This document shows positions 53,097 to 64,000 of a stretch of 64,000 nt of DNA, in pieces. Within the stretch, counting starts at the first letter, position 1. Each line of letters begins with the position of its first letter. Where the stretch lies: contig JAAOMT010000766.1 of NCBI GenBank assembly GCA_016748015.1, positions 24,005-88,004 of the forward strand. The letters are read 5' to 3'. Source of the DNA: Geosiphon pyriformis uo1. Taxonomy: Eukaryota > Fungi > Glomeromycota. The position numbers and the translations under genes are program-made. The notes beneath the pieces were generated by a model. The model had not been told where the DNA came from and made no database searches. It worked only from the letters and a program-made list of their open reading frames with translations.

Positions 53097-54478
53097 ATGA
53101 ATATACAAAAATACCAACAACTTCAATATTATATAAATACCCAATTGTTTAAGGAGAAATTATCTCAAAAGAAACAAACAACATAAAACAACAATTAAAA
53201 TATTTTATCAATCATCAAAATATACTTTATCAGAAAAACAGAAAAAATCCAGACCAGTCAACAAGAGTAATTACAGAACCAGAAAAAAAAACAATATTGT
53301 TCAACATGCACTCAGATCCAACAGCAGGACATTTTCATAAAGAAACAACCATGAAAAAAACTAAGAAAAGATACTATTGGCCATTAATGTATCCAGATAT
53401 CATCCAGTATGTTCAAAACTGTAATGCTTGTTAGAGAAAAGGAGGAACAAAACTCAGTAAACTATTGAGACCAATCAAAGTAGGACAACCATTCAATCAC
53501 ATTGGAATTGACTTAGTCGAACCATTAACAATCATCAGCAGAGGCAACAGATATATTGCAGTAGCCATAAACTATCTCACTAAATGGCCAGAAGCAAAAG
53601 CCATTCAAAGAGCAGATGCAGAATCCATTGCTGAATTTGTTCATCAAGATCTGATCTGTTGACACAAATGTCCAAAAGAACTATTATCAGATCAAGAAAC
53701 TCACTTTGTAAATAGAACATTAGCAGAATTAAGCCAAAGATTTGGAATAAAAAAACCATTATCATCACCATACTATCCACAAACAAATGAGTTAGTCAAA
53801 AGATTCAACAGAACACTGTGTGAAGCAATAGCCAAAATCAGCCAAAAAAACCAGGACAAATGGGATTTAATTATATCATTAGTATTATTTGCATATTGAA
53901 CAATAAAACAAGACACTACACAAACAACACTATTTGAATTAGTATATGGTAAAACAGCAATATTACCAGTTGAGATAGAAGTCAAAACATATTCAACAAA
54001 ACCAATAACAGAAGAGAATTTCCAAAGAACATTGTTAAGAAGAACATATGACTTAATGGAGACATTAAAAAACAAATGGCAAAAAGCAGCTGATAACATC
54101 CAAAAGTTATAAGAAAAACAAAAAGAAAGACATGATAACCAACTACCAGATAAACCAGTTGAATTCAAGATTGGAGACAAAGTACTTCTACATTATACTA
54201 AGGCAGAAAAACAATGGAGTGGAAAATTTGACCCCAAATGGAACAGACCATTTTACATAGAAGAAATTCTTAAAAATGGAGCTTATAAATTGAGATTAAA
54301 CAACAAAATCTTAACCAAAGCAGTACATAGTGATCAACTAAAACCATATCACCATATAGTGTCACCATTCACCAGTAATATTCTATAATTAAGAGTACAG
54401 AGAATATTAGTCCAACCAGATGAAATTTCATGAGATTTGGAACCAATCATAATCATTGGACCAAACATGTAGAATTGA
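53097..54478 (+). pseudogene. ORF2 integrase of element E
   Basis: MNIQKYQQLQY..., MHSDPTAGHF...CNAC, IGIDLV, YLTKWPEA, LSDQ, RFNRTL, KWNRPF. Confidence 0.88.
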
Positions 54479-54533
54479 ACAATAAAAAAGAGTATATAAA
54501 GACATAGTAAACATGACAAAAGACTTCAGAAAA

Positions 54534-55172
54534 ATGGAAATCACTGACAATATCCACTCACTAGCACAACAACTCTTCTAACTAATTCAACAACAGAATA
54601 TGGAAATTACTATCAATTAACAAACTATTTGATATCAAGATACCAGAAAGACACCCAAATACAAAAGTCAAAGAAAAACAGAAAATACTATCAACAAAAT
54701 AGTTTTGAAAATAAAATTAGCAATAGAAGAACCATCAAGTGTCACCACATATCAAGAGTTGACCAAAGAAACTTGGAAATGATGAATACACAAATTTCCA
54801 AGGAACTTTTATTATTTCTATTTGGGATGGTACTTGAACATTCAGAACTTATACACAGATAAAACAAAACAATTATTCAACACAACAATACTGCAACAAC
54901 TGGAACAATTTGTGAGAAAGAACAATCTAACAACATAAGCAAGAGCCATCTATTGATTGCATGCTAGATTCCAAGACAGACCAGAAATTTTACTTAATCC
55001 AAAAATGGATTTCATTACAGTTAACCAAATAGGAAAGATAATCAACACCCAATTTGAAGAATTATAGAACAAAATAACTCAAGTAATTCTCGAAAAAGAA
55101 GTTCAAGAAATACTCAAAGACAGAGAATTAAAGTTAGGGGATTTGGAAAATCTTGATGGAGCTCAATATTAA
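54534..55172 (+). pseudogene. ORF3 of element E, ~212 codons, unknown function
   Basis: ATG 54534 to TAA 55172 in one frame; internal stops are explicable as C>T/G>A changes; ends at the PPT. Confidence 0.72.
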
Positions 55173-58004
55173 AAAGGAGGAAATAATGTTATTCATAGAA
55201 TATAAGGAGTATATTAGCATATGAATTAGCCAATCAGAAGTAACCATAGTAAAGATGGAATTCTAGGATTCTTGTATAAAGAATTGTAGGATTCTAGAAT
55301 TCTAAGATTCCTTTCAAAAAAAATTGCAGAATTCCAGAAATTCCAGAATTCCTGGTGTGAAGAATTGAGGAATTAAAGAATCTCAATTTTGTATATATAG
55401 CAGTAGTATTAAAAGCAGAAAGAGACAAAATCTTTTTAGTTAAAGACCTCTTAGTTTAAGATTTAATCTAAGCAACTTTCTAATTCACAAATATCAAATA
55501 AATAATTATTCTCACAATTCCAAATCCACTCTCTACTATCAACACTTTATGTTAATAGTAATTGATACTTAATCACATTGGAACAATAGCTCTTAATTAC
55601 AGCTATTGATAGGATATTAACATTCATTGCCTTGGCTTATTTCTTTTAAATTTTTTTTATTTCTGTTATTTCTTTTGTTTTACTAATTACTTGAAGATTA
55701 AGTGCTGAATTATTGATGTCATGGATAGCCTGGTAAAAGACCCCAAAGGAAGAGTATAGGAATTAAGAATTTAAAAATAGCTTATCAAAAGAGCATCTTT
55801 GTTAAGATTACCAGCCACCATGCTAAGAAAAAAATTTGATGAAATTGCAATTTCGAGAGGCTACTAGGAAAGACAACCATTGAATCTTTGTCCATTATAC
55901 AAAGAACTCCACAACAAAACCTTTAGATAAACAACACCTTCAGATATTACCAACAACATTATTAATCGAGCACCAAATTATGGATTTGTTATTTGATTTG
56001 AGATCCCAAATAATCATCTGTAACACCACTAGTTATTGAGAAATAACCAACTCCAAAGAAAAAAAAGATAATGATCAAGAAATTAATAATCAAAACCCAA
56101 TCTCAAAAAACCCAGAAATACAAACTCTGATTGTTCCAACTCCATAAAATTAGAACAATCCAAACATCACTCTTATTGTTCTCCAAAACTTATCTCCAAT
56201 AATTATGATTAATTTACTACTAAGTGCACCAATTGCTGAACAGCAACAACAACAGCCACAACTACCATCTTAATAGCAACTTCAACAGCAACTTTAACAG
56301 CAACCATAATCATAACAACAACAACAACTACTATTAGCACCAATAACATATACACCTATTGTAAAACTTGAAAAATTCACTGGCAAAGAGGATGATGCAC
56401 AAGTATGACTCAATAATATAGAAAAAGTCATCACAGCCAATAAATAAGACAATGCCAGAGCATTATAGACAATTCCATATTTTCTTTAAAATACTGCTAA
56501 TTCATTATATCAAAGCTTAATTTAGAAACCCCAAAATTTTAATGCATTCAAAATTAAATTCTTGAAATATTTTAGTAACAATAATAGCATCAATTGTTTA
56601 GCCAATACTTTTATAACCATTAAACAAGGAAATACTGAAGCTGTCACTACTTATTTAGGATGTTTCTATCAAAATCTGTACCAAATTCAAGCCATTGATG
56701 CTAATTATTTTACAGTAGCCCAAATTTTGAATCAGTTTATTTACAGATTACACAGTAGTATTCTACAATGCATACATCTATTATATCCAACCACACTTCA
56801 AGCTACAGTTACATATGCCAGAGACTTTGAATCAGCTGAATTAGAAGCCAACTATGTTTAAATCATAAATTTAGTAATGAATAGATTATCTGACTTGAAT
56901 TCCAAATTGAAACAATTTAGTAATTTCATTAATTAGAAACTTGAGAGATACTTAGCTAATAATAATCAGACAATCTATTAACCTTTACAATGATGAAATA
57001 ATTAAGGAAACTCTAATTATTTCCAAAATCAGTTATGACTATTATTATCAACTAATTAATCATAACAACTAAAAACATGTATTTGTCATTACTATAAAAG
57101 ACAAGATCATCTCAGAATAGATTGTTATGCCAAATTTGATAACCAATAAATGGAAAATTAATATAGAAACCTTAATCATCAGCTCCAAATCCTGAATTAC
57201 TATTTATATCAAGATCAGTATTAGTCCTATTACTTACTAATAACATAACAAATATACTCATCTCTAATATACCAAACTTTGGCATCTATAATATATCAAC
57301 CACAGCCACAAATTATCTATCAATCTTAACAACTTTAAATACCACCCCAAATTTCAGTTCAGATAACACCCAGAAATCAAAGGCCAAGAATAACCTAAAA
57401 TTGGAGATCAGTAATGATTGTTTATTAGCCGATTCCAAGCTTCTTAAACCAACTATTAAGATCATACTAGTAAAGTTTAAAAACTGGATATGTCCAAAAC
57501 CCAAATTTCCAGAACTATTTAAATCTCTTAGTTAATCCAGAAAACATCTTACTTAACAAACTAAAGCCCAATCAAAAGCAGCCACTCATCAGTAATATTC
57601 TATTAACAATTGTTACTGATGACAATTTATTAGAAGTCATCTTTCTCTTTGAACTTAAAAAACCAGCAACAACATTTCTATTTAATAGAGCTGCTCTTAA
57701 TGCCAAACCAATTATGGCCATGTATACTAATGTAAAAATTGATGATCACTCTATCAAACTGATCCTTGATAGCAGTTTAGCAGACAGCATTATTACTAAG
57801 CAATTTATGGACCAATTAGGTTACCGAATTGTTTATGCTGTCAGCACTAGGATAATAATGGCTAATAGAGCAACAAAAACTTCAATCAGCAAAATTGACA
57901 ACTTGTCTTTTGAAGTCAATGTAATTTGTACTTAGTTTAGATTATTTAGTTTAATGTATTATATTAAATAGCATTTGAGTCTTATTCATAAAATATTAAT
58001 AAAA

Positions 58005-58364
58005 AAAAAATTTTATATAAAAATTTTGTTTTTAAGAACTAGATTAATGAAACAGCTTTGATATTTGAAGATAAAAAAAGACTGTACTAATAGTAACTGA
58101 TTTTATTTGTCATCTGACTAAAAAATATTATAGTAAATTGTAAAATTTTAAGTCAAAATATAGAATTAATATAAAGAAGTATAGATTAGTTGGTAATATA
58201 AAGATTTTGTCTAAGATACACAATGATCTGTCTGGTTTTCTGTCAGTAAAAGTGGCTTATTTGCTTGGTATTATTAAGTCTTTTGTAACTAGTTTTGGTT
58301 TGTATAAAGCATGATTGTTTTTTCAGATTTAGATAATAGATTTGAAATTAGTGTAAATATATAA
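58005..58364 (+). mobile_element. Probable 3' end of the LINE ORF2
   Basis: Decayed frame IKNFVFKN.INET...VTDFICHL...L.NFKSKYR...KVAYLLGIIKSFVTSFGL...LFFSDL...ISVNI*; same strand and G/T-rich codon style as the LINE at 10.5-16.5 kb, unlike the flanking Gypsy sequence. Confidence 0.6.
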
Positions 58365-58801
58365 TATAGTCTTAATTGGTTCGAGTGGCCGGTTACGTGT
58401 AATAAGTGCATGAGTCATATTTAGTTTGAAACAAATAATAATAATTTTTGCATATTCGGTATAATCTAGCTACTAATTATTTTTGTACAATACAATTATA
58501 ATATATTAAATATGGATTATGTAATAAACTGCCATTAAATTTATAACATAAAAAAAACTATTAAAATTTAAAATAATATATAAATTGAATAATAAATTAT
58601 TCTAATAATATATATGTAAAAAATATATGAATATTAATTTTTAATTTTAAAAATTCTCAGGATATTAAATAAAATTATATTATGTAAATTAAGTATTGTT
58701 ATATTTATAATTAATAATTATAATTACTAAAATATATATGTTTATTAATTGTAATTAGATTAATTATTTAAATTAAAAAAATATTTTTTTCGTTAAAATT
58801 A

Positions 58802-58818
58802 GACGCGCTATCACGTGA
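58802..58818. promoter_or_regulatory. CpG-containing promoter motifs: E-box TCACGTGA and ACGCG
   Basis: Palindromic TCACGTGA at 58811-58818, ~110 bp upstream of the ATG, in otherwise CpG-poor DNA. Confidence 0.35.
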
Positions 58819-58929
58819 AAGCAGATCGGTAATCCAAATATCTGATTACTTAAAAGTCACATGATAGTATATGAACGAAAATCTATTTTTAAAAAAATTG
58901 TATTTTTTTCTCAATTCATTTGGTTAAAG

Positions 58930-59747
58930 ATGAATACCATACAAAACCGTGACACATATTCACCCAAGGATACTTTTAACCTCACTCTTCAAGGAGCACT
59001 AGTAGGGCTTGGATTTGGTAGTATCGTAGCAATCGTTCGGAATAAAGCAGCCTTAGATAAAGTTAATTCATTAGCCAGAACACGCCAGTCGATAGCTCAC
59101 GTTGGTAAGTGCTTTAGAATATATCAATTTCTTTTTTCAAACAAACGCTTTTAAAGTTAATGAATTCTTGTCTTTCATTGGAATCACTTTGAATTTTCGA
59201 GATGAATAAATTTCGAATTAATGAACAATTAACATTTGAATTAAAAATATAAAGTATGATAAATTGGGATTTTTTCACGATTTGTTCAAATTTCAGCGTC
59301 AATTACAACTGTCTTCACAGCAACAACTTGTGTGACAGCTAATATACGAGAAACAGATGATTGGATTAATAAAGCCTTTGGTGGTTTTGTTGCTGGTTTA
59401 ATTCCGGGTTTGCGAGGTATTATTATTATTATTATTATTATTATTTACTTTATTTAAATATTATTACTAAAATTTAAAAAAATTCTTTGATTTTTTTTAG
59501 CTCAATCTTTTCCTTTATTGATTGGTGGTAGTGTCTTTTTAGGTATATGCATGGGTACTTATGATTATACTGGTGGTGTATTCGGCTTATTACGAGGAAA
59601 AACTGAGGTAAGCTTTTAACTATTTAAATGATTTTTTATGTTATATTATTTTATAATTAGTTCAAATCTTTATTTTTTTGACTTTTATAGGAGGAAAAAA
59701 ATGCTTGGCGTCGTCGTCTTGTTAGAACTCCTCCAATTGAGAAATAA
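58930..59747 (+). CDS. NADH:ubiquinone oxidoreductase subunit NDUFA11/B14.7-like (Tim17 family), 4 exons
   Basis: MNTIQNRDTYSPKDT...ANIRETDDWINKAFGGFVAGLIPGLR...TYDYTGG...WRRRLVRTPPIEK*; GT-AG introns. Confidence 0.8.
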
Positions 59748-59948
59748 AACTTTGAGAAAATAAAAACTTTTTATTAAAATAAAAATTTTGATCAAAAATG
59801 GGTTTAAATTTTTTTAAGAAACTATATATACTTTTGCTTGTATTACTCTTAGTATGACATGTATAAATACCTAAATCTCATGATCCCAAAATAGGAAAGT
59901 ACATATAGCACCATCATTTGACTCGGTAGAGTGTCCATTAACGAGAAA

Positions 59949-62900
59949 ATGGATACTTTAAAAGACGTGCCCGAGTTCTTTGAGACTCAATTAGACGAAT
60001 CTATAATCGCAAGGACGGAAAGTTTAGGTTGGCCTTTCACAGAAATTACTTTCATCCTATAAAGTTTACCTAGGGTTGATTAATGTTTAGAATCTTTTTA
60101 AAGAGAATTAATTAAAAGTGTTACTTCTTTTTCTATTTAGCTTCTTTTCGTGAACTGGGTCCTCCAGATTTGTGCCATATTACAAAAGCGAACTCTAAAC
60201 CCGGTGTCAAGGAGGTGATAAAATTTCTATAGCTTTTATCTCTTTTTATTGTGAGAACAAGCTGTTGTCCCATCGGATTCAAAGTTTGAATTCAACAAAG
60301 ATTAAAGTTGAATGTTGTTTGAACCTATGGTAGATTCATCCCTTTATCTGCTAATAGGATTCAGAATGAAATTTGGGTTCCCGAATTCAACTGATTAATT
60401 CCTAATTTTTCGAATTATAACTAAAGGTCAATGAAATTCATGGTTAACTATCAAAAAATAAATTAATTATCGTTGAATTCAAATTTTTCATATAGAAATT
60501 TTGGCTTTTTTTCTTCTGATCCTTGCACCTATTTCACATATAACTTTTTTTCCAAAAAAACCTGATTGTGAAGAATTGAACTTTCTAAATGATTTTTTTG
60601 ACTCACTAGGTTGGCTCATATCATTATGTATCCGGAGTTGATGCATCATCATCGGCTACATTAGCAGCATATTTAAATTCCCTTACCTATGCATTGGTAA
60701 AAACCTTTTAAGTTAGTCTCCATGATCCGAATCGTAAAACATCGCTCAACTTTGTTTCTAATTTCTTCTAGGAAGAAAATCATGCTTGGTTTTCAAAATC
60801 TCCCGCTTGGAGGATACGCTCGGGGATATATTGGTGATTAAATTATTTTTCGATACGTCTGTGGGTTCGTGGTTTTTTACTATTGTATCTAATTAGATTT
60901 ATTAATTAATTTCATCAGCTGTTTTAATGCTTTTTCGCGTGTGGATGTGAGAGTTGAGGTGAAGATTCCCGGAAGTGTCGAAAGTTACGTTGTTGATATA
61001 CGCGGGGAGAGGAAAGATGATATATTTTTTGGTGCAAGTGTTCGTCTTATCTCAAATTTTGTAAATATAACAACAATAACAACAACAACAAAACTATTAA
61101 AAAATACAGGCATGAAGCCACCTCAGATATTTGGCAAGAAACCTATACTTCCGCTTTGCTTCGCTCTATTCTTTATTCAGATGATGTCAATTATCGATTG
61201 GCTGGTTTCCGCAAATTAGATCCTATTCCAAATATCGAAGCTGAGACTCATTTTCTTGAAGCGGCTGAAGCTTTGTTTTTCAAAGGTTTTTATGATGGGT
61301 ATCGATCTTGTAAGAAATTCTATCTAATTATCCCTAAAATTTGCATATAGGGTGGCAATTGGGCTCAGATCCCGAAATTCAAGTGGCAACTGTCGTAAGC
61401 AATCATCTGACGGCAGGAATTATGAAATATTTCAGTGAAAATTTCAGATATGGTCCCGCTGTCAATCTTTTTGAAAAATATATCCTTTTGGCAATTCGCC
61501 AATCTTTTGCTTATACTTAATATTTCAATGCTATTCCATAACTCATTCTCACTGTATCGTAAAGATCCTGAAGTAGCTGCTTTATTAGCTAAATCTTACA
61601 TTGGGATGGGTGCGTTCTTTCTATTACTTTACATACTTGGTTTATTTATTCTAATAATTTTATTTTATTTTAGATGAGGAAATTAAAGGAGTCAACATAC
61701 TATACGAAGCTTTGAAACAAAATTCCATGAGCTATGCTTTATTACATGTGCAAGCTGATTTCTTATTGACCAAGGTTAGATTAAAACTTTCTTTATTATT
61801 TATTTTTCATTTTTTTATAGAAATCATTTTTTTAATCAATAAATCAGGGTAAAACGGAATACGCTTTGAAACTGGCCAAACAAGCAGTAAACTGTGCTCC
61901 ATCTGAATTTGTGACTTGGGCAAAGCTGACTGAGGTTTATATTGCTCTGGGTGATTATGAATCTGTAGGTGTCAAATAATTAAGTTTTTATGAATTTATT
62001 AGATAATTTACTAAATCATAATCTTTGATTCCTATTTATGTGTATATCAAATTTTCTAAAGGCACTATTGACATTGAATTCTTGTCCCATGTTTACATAC
62101 AATGAAAGAGACATGCATCGCATGCCTACTCCTGCTAAAACTCATCTTCCTATAAAACCGGAAATTGTAAATGCAGGCCTGGATGAAGATAGCGGGCGGG
62201 ATAACGAGGTTTTGGTCATTTTCCACTTTATCTTGTCTTCCGAAGAATTCCCCATTTGCCAATTTCACTCTTTTAATCACGTTTTCTTAACTAATAAAAA
62301 ATAAAGGTGGACGTTGCGCTCCTCCGTTTACCAGCACCGTCCCTCCGTGGCACTTTCTCGAAAGCGTATTCATTATTAACACGTTTAGTGGCCAAGATTG
62401 GTTGGGATGAACTTTTGAAATGCCGATCTTCTGTTTTTGTAATGGAAGAAGAGTATAGGCTGCAGAAAGCTGCTGAGGAAGAACATCATAAAAAAAATCA
62501 AAAATCAGCCTTTGATAATGAAACAAAACCACCTCCTTCTGCCGACCCCATCAACGAGGTTAAAACTAATGGGGTCAACAATTTAAATTATTCTATTCCC
62601 AAAATTGCTATTTCCGGGGAGTCAGATGAGGACAAGGAAAATGAGGACAGTAATGCTTCTTCAGAGAAGAAATTGCAGAAAGATGATGCTGTCGAGTCTT
62701 TGACATCTGCTGATGAAACTTTTGAGACGTCTCTTCCTAACCACAATGAGGTCCCGGCAGAAGTTAATTCTTTGGAATCGACGACAGGAGAATCACGATC
62801 CCTGCAAGAAATTGGAGAATCAACAGTGGTCGATGAACATTCGACCGATTCAGAAGCATTAGAAGAAGTTAATTTAGAAGATGATAAGGAAACATCAGAA

Positions 62901-63955
62901 AAAAAGAGTTTTGAAGAAACTTCCGTTTCGGAACCTATATCTTTTAAAGGACCTGAATTGGAAAAACCTTTGCAAGCGGCAAACGAGGAAAAAAACGATT
63001 CTCCGAGCCAACATGAAGAACCCAATAAGGTGTGAAAACCAACCACAAAATCCTTTCGCTCCTTATGATCATAAAACATCTACACCTATCCAATTCTCAT
63101 TTATCCAGGAGACAGTGACCAAAAAGGATTACGCATTTTCATTTAATAATAAACGTTTATGTGAAAGGTGTGTATTAATTCTTCTCAACCGGGTTTCTAA
63201 GATTATTATAACAAATTTTCATAATATTAGATGGCTTGATAATTTATTCATGGTTTTATATGAAGTGAGTGTTATTTGGAACGCAATGGTCAATTGTTTT
63301 TTAGCGCGCTGTATAATAACGAAAGCAACTTATTTAGGATTTAAGAGTATACACTCTATGGCGGTCCGAAATGTCCCATTACAAAGCTCACCAATTATTG
63401 TATCGCAAGGCTGGGGCAGAATGGGAAATTTTGGGCGATTTGGCTTCTAGACTGCATCATAAGGTCAGTCATGTATTCAATCTTCTGGAAAATACCTATA
63501 TCAATCCTGATTTCATGGTTCCTATTTTTTTCCACAGGAAGAAGCTAAAGAAGCATACCAACGCTGCCTCGATTTCAAATTTTCGCCTAAAGCTTGGTTA
63601 AAGTTGTTAGAATATTATGCCGAAGAAGGGGATGTCCAACGTACATTAACAGCTGTCGTCAAATTGACGGTATATCATGAACGGTGGTATCATGAGATAA
63701 TTGTAAGAATTTTGAGCTTTTTGTCTTTTAATTCACAAAATTATGCACTCAAAATTCCTCCATTGGGAACCATACAAAAATTTTTAGTATCCAACCGCCG
63801 TTTGTCATAATCTTAACAAAATAATCAGAGTTCAAGGACTTTCCAAGATACACTACAACCTTATCTCAATGAACTTATCACCAGCCGTTGACAAATTGGT
63901 TTCGAGATATATGATCCTTGCTGAAACGTTCAAAATTCCTGGATCAGATTTTTAA
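59949..63955 (+). CDS. ChAPs family exomer cargo adaptor (Chs5-Arf1 binding; BCH1/BUD7-like), multi-exon
   Basis: FRELGPPDLCH, GSYHYVSGVDASSSATLAAY, CFNAFSRVDVRV, APSEFVTWAKL, ALLTLNSCPM, IGWDELLKCRSSVFVMEEEYR, KRLCERWLDNLF, EWEILG; stop at 63955. Confidence 0.92.
61480..61552 (+). other. U12-type AT-AC intron (73 nt)
   Basis: 5' site ATATCCTTTT, branch-like TTCCATAAC, 3' AC; removal restores LFEKL/YRKDPEV in frame. Confidence 0.88.
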
Positions 63956-64000
63956 TCAATGTAATTCCAGACATAGGTGGACAATTCTCAGGGAAAAGGT

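Larger units (their letters stand above)
45796..56025 (+). mobile_element. Full-length Ty3/Gypsy element E (uninterrupted; contains an assembly gap)
   Basis: 5' LTR 45796-46658, degenerate PBS, ORF1/IN/ORF3, PPT AAAAAGGAGGAAATAA at 55171-55186, 3' LTR 55187-56025, TSD CCGC/CCAC. Confidence 0.92.
44378..57920 (+). mobile_element. Ty3/Gypsy element F (3'-truncated; LTR 44378-45102, PBS, gag-PR), host of element E
   Basis: D-like U3 start, PBS TGGTGCTTTTTGTGAGG at ~45105-45121; gag resumes at 56030 and protease KLILDSSLADSII lies at ~57760; sequence breaks off at ~57920. Confidence 0.82.

Noticed and set aside
54300-54478. Chromodomain at the integrase C-terminus
   Set aside because: No chromodomain-like aromatic motif after the GPF region; only a short tail before the stop.
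54534-55172. ORF3 as a retroviral envelope gene
   Set aside because: Short, with no signal peptide, furin site or transmembrane segment visible.
62588-63079. 163-aa Ser-rich minus-strand ORF
   Set aside because: Antisense to the acidic low-complexity insert of the ChAPs gene.

Overview
Eukaryotic, intron-rich, AT-rich fungal DNA. Gene content, a U12 intron and the TE families point to Mucoromycota/Glomeromycotina, Geosiphon-like (inference). Left end: a very AT-rich decayed repeat tract (1-4.0 kb), then three housekeeping genes: Phe-tRNA ligase beta FRS1 (-), RPS22 (+, hosting an intronic snR44-type H/ACA snoRNA) and ornithine aminotransferase CAR2 (-). Middle (10.5-58.4 kb): a degenerate RNase H-containing LINE apparently split by ~41 kb of nested Ty3/Gypsy elements. 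These are 3 full-length elements (B, D, E), 2 truncated ones (A, F) and 2 solo LTRs (C, G), with 4-bp TSDs at the five boundaries that can be paired. Comparing copies reconstructs an unusual three-ORF architecture. ORF1 has an AUG-less N-terminal domain, Gag, CCHC knuckle, protease, a Cys-rich cassette, dUTPase, RT and RNase H. ORF2 is a stand-alone integrase behind conserved stop codons. ORF3 is a ~210-aa unknown protein in the env position. A U5 hairpin covers the PBS. All repeats show heavy C>T/G>A decay. Right end: an NDUFA11-like complex I subunit and a ChAPs/exomer gene (BCH1/BUD7-like) containing an AT-AC U12 intron and a probable GA-AG intron. Coordinates were read by hand and may be off by a few bases.
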